Below, one piece after another: positions 43,140 to 51,640 of a stretch of 64,000 nucleotides of DNA. The notes under the pieces were generated by a model. That model was not told the origin of the DNA. It ran no database searches and saw only the letters and a list, made by a program, of their open reading frames with translations. Position numbers and translations under genes: made by a program. The first letter of the stretch is position 1. The number at the start of each line of letters is the position of its first letter. Source of the DNA: Halarcobacter sp. (GTDB lineage: Bacteria > Campylobacterota > Campylobacteria > Campylobacterales > Arcobacteraceae); contig CP182352.1 of assembly GCA_048571215.1 (NCBI GenBank), positions 256,001-320,000 of the forward strand. Reading direction: 5' to 3'.

Positions 43140-44324
43140 ATGAGTATGAGCCAAGAAGAAATTGAATCATTGATGAATGGTTTAGATTTTGGTAATGATG
43201 ATGCAGAAGAAGAGTCAACAGAAGATAACAAAGAGAATCAATCAAATGAGAAAATGTCTGAAGATGATATAAATGATTTGATTGCTCAAACTGAAGATAT
43301 AATTTCAGAAGAAAAAGAAGATGATTTAGATAAAAAAGTATCTGAAGATGATATTGAAGCGTTATTATCGCAAGCACAAGAGAATGATAATACAGATATT
43401 GAAACTAATAATACACAAGATAACGATGAATCTTTAAATGAATTATTAAATACTTTAGATGATGAAAAAAGTGATAATTCACAGAATGAAGAACAAGCTG
43501 AAGATGATATAGAAGATATATTAAATGAGCTGGAAAAAAACGATACAACAAAAAATGAAGAGGAATCTAAAGAGGATTCATCTGTATCAGATGAAAGTTT
43601 AGACGAACTTTTAGCATCAATTGATGGTATTGAGGATGATACGAAAGAACAAGATAAAGTTGTAAAAGAAGAAACTTCTGTAGAAGATGAAGTTAAAAAA
43701 GAAGTAAAAGAAGAACTCCCTAAAGAGATAAAATCTGAAAATGAGTATGATGAAAAGGATGATGGGATAGATGATAAAATAAGTAGAGGTCTTTTCCCAT
43801 TACCTGTTGATGATGATACAAAAGTTGTAAATCAATTAAGTATAGTTGCAAATGATTCAGAAGAAAAAGCAACCAAAATTTTTGATGTATTAAGTAATAT
43901 TTTAGACTACAATACAGAGATACAAAATGATGTACAAGCATTAGCAAGTTTCAATGAGAAACAACTTAATATGTTAACAAGTTTAAGTAATAAGTTTCCT
44001 AATATAAATGCTTTTAAACTAAACCTTGAACAATCACAATTGATGGATGCCCATATTCAAGATATAAACGATAAGTTAAACTCAGGAAACACAGAGATAT
44101 TCCAAGCAATGGAATTGATGCAGTATCATGATATAAATAGACAAAAAATAGAAAGAGTTATGTCTGTTATTAGAAAATTATCAACCTATTTAAATAATTT
44201 ATTTGAAGATTCAGGTTCCCATGATGAAGTTGCAATAGCTAAGCATATTCATGGTGATAAAGGTAGTAGTGATTTAATGGCAGATGATGATTTAGAGGCA
44301 TTAATTGCAGAATTTAATAAATAA
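43140..44324 (+). CDS. cheZ: CheZ-like phosphatase with long acidic repeat N-terminus
   Basis: MQYHDINRQKIERV (DxxxQ motif), C-terminal DDLEALIAEF; directly after cheY. Confidence 0.75.
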   Translation: MSMSQEEIESLMNGLDFGNDDAEEESTEDNKENQSNEKMSEDDINDLIAQTEDIISEEKEDDLDKKVSEDDIEALLSQAQENDNTDIETNNTQDNDESLNELLNTLDDEKSDNSQNEEQAEDDIEDILNELEKNDTTKNEEESKEDSSVSDESLDELLASIDGIEDDTKEQDKVVKEETSVEDEVKKEVKEELPKEIKSENEYDEKDDGIDDKISRGLFPLPVDDDTKVVNQLSIVANDSEEKATKIFDVLSNILDYNTEIQNDVQALASFNEKQLNMLTSLSNKFPNINAFKLNLEQSQLMDAHIQDINDKLNSGNTEIFQAMELMQYHDINRQKIERVMSVIRKLSTYLNNLFEDSGSHDEVAIAKHIHGDKGSSDLMADDDLEALIAEFNK

Positions 44325-44333
44325 GGAGAACAA

Positions 44334-45059
44334 ATGAACCAAGGAACATATCCTTTAGCAGCAGCAATGGTAAATGAAATAAATAGAGTTGATGTTATTT
44401 CAAATAATTTAGCTAATGTAAATACAAATGGTTTTAAACAAGAAAGTTTAACCGAGGGTTCATTTAATCATTATTTAAAAAGAGCAGAACAAGAAGGTTT
44501 TGCCCCTTCTAAATTAAGTACAGTAATGAATACTGTACCAAAAATTGATGGAAAATTCTTAAATCAAGAAAAAGGTCCTATTGTTGCAACAGGTAACAGT
44601 TTAGATTTTGCATTAAAACAACGGGATACTTTTTTTAGAGTTCAAGACGATAGTGGAGAGGTTGTATATAGTAGAGATGGAGCTTTTAAACCTTTAAATG
44701 GTATGTTAGTTAATTCAAGTGGTCAATTTATTTTAAATAATGACAATGAAGCAATTAGCGTTGAAGATGAAGATTATATACAACAGATTTCTGTAGTACA
44801 AATTGATTATAATGATTTAGAAAAATATAAAGATAACAATTTTAAAGAGAAAGAAGCGGGAGCATTTGTTCAAAATATAGATGATAATAGTGGATATCTT
44901 ATACAAGGTTCAATAGAAAAATCTAATGTGAACACTGTTAGATCAATGGTTAATTTGATTGATGCTCATAGGGGCTTAGAAAGAGCCCAAAAGGGTATAA
45001 CTTCAATTGGTGAAATAAATGCAAAACTTATAGAAAAAATAGGGAGTAATACTAAATAA
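44334..45059 (+). CDS. flgF: Flagellar proximal rod protein FlgF-like
   Basis: SNNLANVNT.GFK, TGN.LDFAL, YSRDG.F, EKSNVN. Confidence 0.75.
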   Translation: MNQGTYPLAAAMVNEINRVDVISNNLANVNTNGFKQESLTEGSFNHYLKRAEQEGFAPSKLSTVMNTVPKIDGKFLNQEKGPIVATGNSLDFALKQRDTFFRVQDDSGEVVYSRDGAFKPLNGMLVNSSGQFILNNDNEAISVEDEDYIQQISVVQIDYNDLEKYKDNNFKEKEAGAFVQNIDDNSGYLIQGSIEKSNVNTVRSMVNLIDAHRGLERAQKGITSIGEINAKLIEKIGSNTK

Positions 45060-45463
45060 TGGAAGCAAGTAGTGTAACAAGTTTACTTTTTGATCAGCTA
45101 AGTTTTAGAAGTGACAGACAAAATGTTATTTCAAGTAATATCTCTAATATAAATACTCCAAATTATAAAACAAAAGATTTAGTATTTGAAAATGAGTTAA
45201 AAAAAGTTCAGAATAATGATTTAAAACTTTATACTACAAATGAAAATCATATAAAAGCTTCTGCAGATGTTCAAAAACCTTCAGAACCTAAAATAGTTGA
45301 TGTGGAAGGATTAACAGAACAAAATGATGGTAATAATGTAAATCTAGATACACAAATGAGTGAGATGGCAAAAAATAAAGTAATATTTGATGCAATACAA
45401 TCATCTATTACAAAAGATTCAAGACTTTTTAGATCTGTAATAGAATCATCAGCAAAAAATTAA
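45059..45463 (+). CDS. flgB: Flagellar rod protein
   Basis: ISSNISNINTPNYK.KDL.F, DGNNVNLD. Confidence 0.93.
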   Translation: MEASSVTSLLFDQLSFRSDRQNVISSNISNINTPNYKTKDLVFENELKKVQNNDLKLYTTNENHIKASADVQKPSEPKIVDVEGLTEQNDGNNVNLDTQMSEMAKNKVIFDAIQSSITKDSRLFRSVIESSAKN

Positions 45464-45478
45464 TTAGGTATATAATTT

Positions 45479-47221
45479 ATGGATCAACTGATAAAGTTTA
45501 TAAACAATTTAAATTCTGCACAAAGAGCTGTTATAGTTGGTGGATTTTCTTTGCTTTTTGTATTGCTAATTGGATTATTAGTATATTCAAATATAAAAGC
45601 ACAAGATCAAAAGTTAAATTATACAATTGCCTCTAATCTTACAAAAAATCAAGTGATGTTAGCTAGTAATGAACTTGAAGCTTCTGGGATTGAGTTTTCT
45701 GTAGTTGGAAGTGGTAATAACCTTACTTTAAAAACTTCAAAAGATTTTATTAATGTGGCAAAAATAAAACTTGTTACAAGTGAAGCTGCAACAAGTAAAC
45801 ATGTAGGTTGGGAAATATTTGAAAAATCTTCTTTAGGAACTACAAACTTTGAAAATAAAGTAAAGTATTTAAGAGCTTTAGAGGGTGAATTATCAAGATC
45901 ATTAGAGTCTTTGTCTGGGGTATTAAGAGCTAGTGTTAAAATTGCAATTCCAAAAGATACTATATTTACTGAGAAAAAATCACCACCCACGGCATCTGCT
46001 GTTATATCCTTAAAACCAGGAGTTTTTTTAACTCAACAACAAATAGATGGAATTAAAAACTTTATAGCTTCGGCTGTTAGTGATTTATCTAATGAAAATA
46101 TAAAACTTATAGACCAAGATGGTACTTTATTACAATTGTCCCAAGATGATATAGATAATCGAAAATCATTAACTCAAAATAAGTATAAAAATAAAATTGA
46201 AAAAGATTATGAAAAAAAGATTGTAGAACTTTTAGAACCAGTTGTTGGGAAAGGTAGAGTTGTAGCAAATGTTACAATGGAGCTAGATTTTAAAAAGATA
46301 CATACACAACAAGAGATTTATGACCCAGAAGGAACCATAAGAAGTCAACAAACTACTGAAAATACAAGTAAATCAAGTGGTGGTGGAAAAGGAACAGGTG
46401 GAACTGCAGGTGTTGAAAATAATATACAAACGCCAGATGGAGTAAATAGTAATAATGCAGTTGAATCAAACTCTGAAAGTGTAAAAAATATTACAAATTA
46501 TGAAATATCAAAAAAAATTATAGAGGAAAAAAACAATAACTATTCTTCTGTTAAAAGAGTTAGTGCAGCAGTAACTTTTGATTCATCTGTATTAGAAGGT
46601 GCACAAAATAGAGATGAGTTTATTGCATCTATAGAATCCCTAGTTAAAGATAGTATTGGTTTTGATGAAAAAAGGGGGGATAAAATATCTGTAAGAGCAT
46701 TTAAATTTGTTGGAGCACAAGCTTTAAATGCTACTGCTAAGGTTGACAAAAATGGAAACCCTGTTGCAAATGAGATGATAGAAGAGTCTGGTTCTGTTGA
46801 TACCTTTGCTATGATAAAATCAATATTAAGAGATTTTAGTGAATATTTTCAATATTTAATAGCAGCAATTTTGCTTTTTATCTTCTATAAAAAATTTATT
46901 GTAAACCATGAGGTTGTTGTTTTAGGAGATAAAACAGCAACAAAAAAAGTTGACAAAGATGGTAATCCAATTGATGATGAATTTATGGATGAGTTTATGT
47001 CAAATTATGAACATGAATTTGATGCCGGCACAGCCCAAGGTAGATTAAAAGCAAAAGTAAAAAGTCAAATAATGAATAATATTGAAGGCTTAGATGAGGA
47101 GAATGCAGCAAAGTATGAAGTACTTATTGAGGCATTGGATAAAGAGATAAATGAACACCCTGATGAAATAGCAAGAATGATAGAGCTATTGCTTAATGAG
47201 GGTAGTGGAAAATTTAAATAA
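45479..47221 (+). CDS. fliF: Flagellar MS-ring protein
   Basis: GWEIF....LG.T.F, RALEGEL.RS, two TM segments. Confidence 0.95.
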   Translation: MDQLIKFINNLNSAQRAVIVGGFSLLFVLLIGLLVYSNIKAQDQKLNYTIASNLTKNQVMLASNELEASGIEFSVVGSGNNLTLKTSKDFINVAKIKLVTSEAATSKHVGWEIFEKSSLGTTNFENKVKYLRALEGELSRSLESLSGVLRASVKIAIPKDTIFTEKKSPPTASAVISLKPGVFLTQQQIDGIKNFIASAVSDLSNENIKLIDQDGTLLQLSQDDIDNRKSLTQNKYKNKIEKDYEKKIVELLEPVVGKGRVVANVTMELDFKKIHTQQEIYDPEGTIRSQQTTENTSKSSGGGKGTGGTAGVENNIQTPDGVNSNNAVESNSESVKNITNYEISKKIIEEKNNNYSSVKRVSAAVTFDSSVLEGAQNRDEFIASIESLVKDSIGFDEKRGDKISVRAFKFVGAQALNATAKVDKNGNPVANEMIEESGSVDTFAMIKSILRDFSEYFQYLIAAILLFIFYKKFIVNHEVVVLGDKTATKKVDKDGNPIDDEFMDEFMSNYEHEFDAGTAQGRLKAKVKSQIMNNIEGLDEENAAKYEVLIEALDKEINEHPDEIARMIELLLNEGSGKFK

Positions 47222-47232
47222 TAAGGCTTATA

Positions 47233-48237
47233 GTGGATAGTACTAATGAATTATTAAAAGGTATGTCAATGATGGAAAAAATTTCCCTATTTTGTGTACT
47301 TATAGGGGAAGAAGCAACAGTTAAAATTTTCCAGCACTTACCTAAAAATATAGTTGAAGATATATCTACAAATATCACTTTAATAAACTCAATTGACAAA
47401 GAGACTTCTTTGGCTATACTAGAAGAGTTTCATCTATTTACAAGGTCAAAAGCTTTTATTAGTTCAGGTGGATATGATTATGCCAAAGATATTTTATATA
47501 AATCTTTAGGAAAAGCTGAGGCAGATGAGGTTTTAGCAAAACTTTCAAGAATGAAACTAGCTTCTCAATCATTTTCTTATTTGGATGCTATAAATTCAAA
47601 ACAATTAAGTGACTTTATTAGGGATGAGTCTCCACAAACTATTGCTGTTATATTATCCCATATGGAAGCTCCAAAAGCAGCAGAAGTATTAATGTTATTA
47701 GAAGAGGATGTAAAAGTAAAAGTTACTATGCAAATGGCAACTATAAAAGATGTATCTCCAGATGTAGTAAGAACTATCTCTTTGGTTTTGGAAAAAAAGC
47801 TAGAGTCTTTATTGTCATCTATTGTTGATGTAGGTGGGGTTAAAGTTGTTGCAGATATGTTAAATAGACTTGGACCAAAATCTCAAGATATTTTAAAAAA
47901 TATAAATGGAGTAGATACTTCATTAGCAACTAAGATAAAAGAGAATATGTTTGTATTTGAAGATTTATTAAAACTTGATTCTGAATATATTATGAAAATT
48001 TTACAAAATGTTGATACAGCTGATGTTGCAGTTGCCATGAAAAATGCAACAGATGAGGATATGAGTAAAATTACTTCAGCTATGTCTCAAAGAGCAAGTG
48101 ATAGATTTAAAGAAGAGTTTGAGTTATTAACAAAAGTTAAAATCAAAGATATTGAAGCAGCTCAAAGAAAAATGCTTGATGTAGCACAAAAAATGATAGA
48201 AGAGGGTGTTATTGATAGAGAAATGGATGAACAATAA
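47233..48237 (+). CDS. fliG: Flagellar switch protein
   Basis: GGYDYA, E.PQTIA.ILS, GG, MFVFEDL, MSQRA. Confidence 0.96.
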   Translation: MDSTNELLKGMSMMEKISLFCVLIGEEATVKIFQHLPKNIVEDISTNITLINSIDKETSLAILEEFHLFTRSKAFISSGGYDYAKDILYKSLGKAEADEVLAKLSRMKLASQSFSYLDAINSKQLSDFIRDESPQTIAVILSHMEAPKAAEVLMLLEEDVKVKVTMQMATIKDVSPDVVRTISLVLEKKLESLLSSIVDVGGVKVVADMLNRLGPKSQDILKNINGVDTSLATKIKENMFVFEDLLKLDSEYIMKILQNVDTADVAVAMKNATDEDMSKITSAMSQRASDRFKEEFELLTKVKIKDIEAAQRKMLDVAQKMIEEGVIDREMDEQ

Positions 48238-48893
48238 TGGATAAAAACAATGTATACTCAAATGCAAAAGTTATCTCTAAAAGTGATAATATACAAAATT
48301 ACCAATTAGGTACCTTTGCAGGAAATGAATTAAAAGAGGAAAATGGTCCCCCTGTTATAATTTCAGAAAATATTCCAAGCAATCACCTAGACCCTATAAT
48401 TAGCCAAATTACAAACTTATCAACTCAATTAAATACCCTTACACAAAAAATTGATCATATAGAAAATAATGGTGCAGTTACAAGGGATATAGATAAACAA
48501 GTTGTTCAAGCGATAAAAGATTTAAAACATTATGCTAACTTTTTTGAACAAGCAAGCTTTCAAATGGAAACAAAACTTCTAAAAACATCTATCTCTATTG
48601 CAAAAAAGATTATCTCAATAGAGGTTGGAGAAAACTCAACACTTATAGCAAAAGAGACAATTAAACACTTATTAGAAAAAATTAAAAGTGCTACAAGAGT
48701 TAAAATTCACCTTAATCCTAAAGATTATGAAATTTTAAAAGATGATTTAAGTTTTGATAAATTTATAGAATTAGTTGAAGATGCAAATGTTACAGCTGGT
48801 GGAGTTGTAATAGCTAGTGATTTAGGTAATTTTGATGGAAATATTGAGTCAAAAGTAAGTTCTATGTTAGAAACTTTAGATTCTTTAGCTTAA
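48237..48893 (+). CDS. fliH: Flagellar export protein FliH
   Basis: IHLNPKD...D..V..GGVVI.SD.G..D; follows fliG. Confidence 0.85.
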   Translation: MDKNNVYSNAKVISKSDNIQNYQLGTFAGNELKEENGPPVIISENIPSNHLDPIISQITNLSTQLNTLTQKIDHIENNGAVTRDIDKQVVQAIKDLKHYANFFEQASFQMETKLLKTSISIAKKIISIEVGENSTLIAKETIKHLLEKIKSATRVKIHLNPKDYEILKDDLSFDKFIELVEDANVTAGGVVIASDLGNFDGNIESKVSSMLETLDSLA

Positions 48894-48947
48894 ATTTTTG
48901 TAAAATAAAGCAAAAATACTCATCTAATTATAAAAAACCAATTTTTA

Positions 48948-48956
48948 TGTTATAAT
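48948..48956 (+). promoter_or_regulatory. Extended -10 sigma70-type promoter for fliN-flgD-flgE
   Basis: TGtTATAAT in the intergenic gap. Confidence 0.6.
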
Positions 48957-48978
48957 AGTGTAATAAACAAAATAAAGT

Positions 48979-49275
48979 ATGAATAATATGGAAATTAGTG
49001 AAAGAGATTATGATTTATTAGTTGATACTCAAATTACTGTTGATGTGATGTTAGGAAGTGCAAATATCACTATAAAAGAGTTTTTGGAGTTGTGTGAAGG
49101 TGATATATTATCATTAGATAAAGTTGCTGGTTCAGGTGGTGATATCTATGTAAATAAAAGAATCATTGGAACAGGTGATATTATTGTAATCGATGACAAG
49201 TTAGCAGTTAGGGTTCAAGAAACAATGGATTCTGATAATGTAGTAAGATATTTCTTTGAAGAAAACTTAAGATAG
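48979..49275 (+). CDS. fliN: Flagellar switch protein FliN
   Basis: SPOA domain (V.V.LG, GDIL.LDK, IYVN...IG.G). Confidence 0.85.
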   Translation: MNNMEISERDYDLLVDTQITVDVMLGSANITIKEFLELCEGDILSLDKVAGSGGDIYVNKRIIGTGDIIVIDDKLAVRVQETMDSDNVVRYFFEENLR

Positions 49276-49284
49276 GAGTCTAAT

Positions 49285-50049
49285 ATGGCAGCAGTAGATA
49301 ATGTAGGTGTAAATACAAAAACTGGAGTAGATGGAAATGCTTATACATCTTCAATTAGTAATGATTCATTAACTACAGAAGATTTTTTAAAGCTAATGAT
49401 TGAAGAGTTAAAGATGCAAGATCCAACTAAACCTATGGATTCTGAAAAAATGGTAGATACTCAAATGAAAATGTCTACTATTGAAACAAATTTACAATTA
49501 GCAAACTCTATGAAATCACTTGAGGGTGCTATTGCAAGTATGGCTTTATCCAATGCAGCAGATTTTATGGGTAAAAAAATTGATGCCTTAATTGATGTTC
49601 CTGTAAAAGGGGATGATGGTGAAAATTTAAAAGATCCTGAGGGTAATACAATAACAGAAAAAGTAAAAGCATCATTTTATGTTCATAGTGTTCAAATGAA
49701 TGATGGGGTACCACTTCTTGAAAGTACTGAACTGTTAGGTTTTAAAGATAGATTAGCTAGAACTAGTGATGGAAAAAATGTAAGTTATGACTTTGAAACT
49801 GGACAAATAAAAGAAGATGATGGTACTCTTACTGATTATTATGTTAAACTTAATGAATCAGGAATGTTTGAATTTGGTAGTGATAATAAGATTATAATAA
49901 CAGACAAAGATGGGAAAGTTGTTAAACCAACTTATTCACCTGAGGATTCTGATGAAACCTATCCTATGTTTGATTATTCTGGAACTGATGAAATCTATTC
50001 ACCAAATTCAACATTTGTTAAATATGAAGATATTGTTAAAATTTATTAG
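49285..50049 (+). CDS. flgD: Hook capping protein
   Basis: DFLKLMI.EL..QDPTKPMD. Confidence 0.9.
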   Translation: MAAVDNVGVNTKTGVDGNAYTSSISNDSLTTEDFLKLMIEELKMQDPTKPMDSEKMVDTQMKMSTIETNLQLANSMKSLEGAIASMALSNAADFMGKKIDALIDVPVKGDDGENLKDPEGNTITEKVKASFYVHSVQMNDGVPLLESTELLGFKDRLARTSDGKNVSYDFETGQIKEDDGTLTDYYVKLNESGMFEFGSDNKIIITDKDGKVVKPTYSPEDSDETYPMFDYSGTDEIYSPNSTFVKYEDIVKIY

Positions 50050-50065
50050 AAAATAGGATTTTATT

Positions 50066-51541
50066 ATGGTAAGTTCACTTTGGAATGGCGTAATGGGGAT
50101 GAATGTTCATAACCAAGCATTAAATATAGTTGCGAATAATTCAACTAATACAAATGTTTATGGATATAAACCAGATGAAGTAAACTTTTCTGACCTTTTA
50201 TATTCTGCTGATGGAACAGGTAGAGGTACTCAAATAAGTTCAATCCAAAAAAACTTTAAGCAAGGTGATATTACTGTAACAAATAACCCTTATGATGTTG
50301 CAATTGAAGGTAGTGGTTTTTTTGTTATGAGAGATACTACTTCAAATGAACTTTTTTATTCAAGAGCTGGTAACTTTCAAATGGGTAAAGATGGTTTATT
50401 AAAAACAGCAGATGGAGCAAAAAATGTATTAGGTTTACAGCCTGAAGATCCTATTGTTTTAAGTTCAGATCCAAATGTTGTTGAGTTTAATGATGATTAT
50501 GTGAAGTTTATAGCCTCTGAGTTTGTAAATAGTAGCACAAGTTTTTATGAATCAATTAATACCAGAGCAACTGATTATCAAAGCAGTGCAACTGATATTG
50601 GTGTTAGTGGAGCTGGATATAAATCTAAATCAACTTTACTAACAGATATTGATAAGCTTATAATTGATTATAGAGAAAAATTAAATGCTTATGCTTCTGA
50701 TGCAGAAGCTACCTCAAGTAATTCAACTACTCAAATTACACAATTGAATTTTGGTTCTGCAACTAATCTTTTAAATGATGAAAATGATGTAATAAAATTA
50801 ACAATTAATAATGTAGAGTATAAACAAAACTTTGATACTGATATTGATACTACACTTAAGAAATTTTCAGATCAAATATCTAATTCTGAGGGTTTAACTT
50901 CATCTATAGATTTGGCAACAGGAGTTTTAAGAATAGAAACACTAATCCCAGGACAAAGTGTAAAAGTTGGAGATGGTGTAATTAATAATAAAGCAGTATT
51001 TTCTTATACAGTGCAGGAACCAGTTATGGGTAGTGGACTGGGTATGGTTGAGAGTTCTAGAACTGCTTTAAGAAGTGCAATAGAATCAGCAGGAGCTGAG
51101 TTTTTAGAGATTAAAAATGATTTATCATTAACAAATCAACATAATTTAGATAATTTAGACAATATACAATTGAAACTAGAAAACATGAGCCTTTCAGAGA
51201 ATACTTTTGGTATAATTGGTATTGAGGAAAATGGATTGGTTTTTTTAACTGATGGGGATAATAAGTTTTTGGTTGGGAAGGTTCAAACAGTCGCATTTAG
51301 AGCTGAAGAAGAGTTGTCTCCAGTAGGAAGTAATCTTTTTAGTATGACTGAGGCTTCAGGAGAACCATATTTTGCCGCAGATATTAATAAAATTTTACAC
51401 CATTCATTGGAGTTAAGTAAGGCTGATCTAGGTGAGAATTTGGCAGTGATTTTAGGTCTTCAAAGGGCTTTTGAAGCAAATGCAAAATCTATTACTACCT
51501 CAGATGAGATATTAAAAATGACAATACAGCTTAAAACATAA
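50066..51541 (+). CDS. flgE: Flagellar hook protein paralog (short)
   Basis: NN..N.N..GYK, D.AI.G.GFF, Y.RAGNF, LELS..DL, QRAFEANAKSITTSD. Confidence 0.8.
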   Translation: MVSSLWNGVMGMNVHNQALNIVANNSTNTNVYGYKPDEVNFSDLLYSADGTGRGTQISSIQKNFKQGDITVTNNPYDVAIEGSGFFVMRDTTSNELFYSRAGNFQMGKDGLLKTADGAKNVLGLQPEDPIVLSSDPNVVEFNDDYVKFIASEFVNSSTSFYESINTRATDYQSSATDIGVSGAGYKSKSTLLTDIDKLIIDYREKLNAYASDAEATSSNSTTQITQLNFGSATNLLNDENDVIKLTINNVEYKQNFDTDIDTTLKKFSDQISNSEGLTSSIDLATGVLRIETLIPGQSVKVGDGVINNKAVFSYTVQEPVMGSGLGMVESSRTALRSAIESAGAEFLEIKNDLSLTNQHNLDNLDNIQLKLENMSLSENTFGIIGIEENGLVFLTDGDNKFLVGKVQTVAFRAEEELSPVGSNLFSMTEASGEPYFAADINKILHHSLELSKADLGENLAVILGLQRAFEANAKSITTSDEILKMTIQLKT

Positions 51542-51640
51542 GATTGTATTACATTAGAAGATGTTTAAATCTTAGTATTTTTTTAAATATTAAGATTTGA
51601 ACATTAAGTATGTTTGAAAATTTATCTTAAAGGATAAGTC

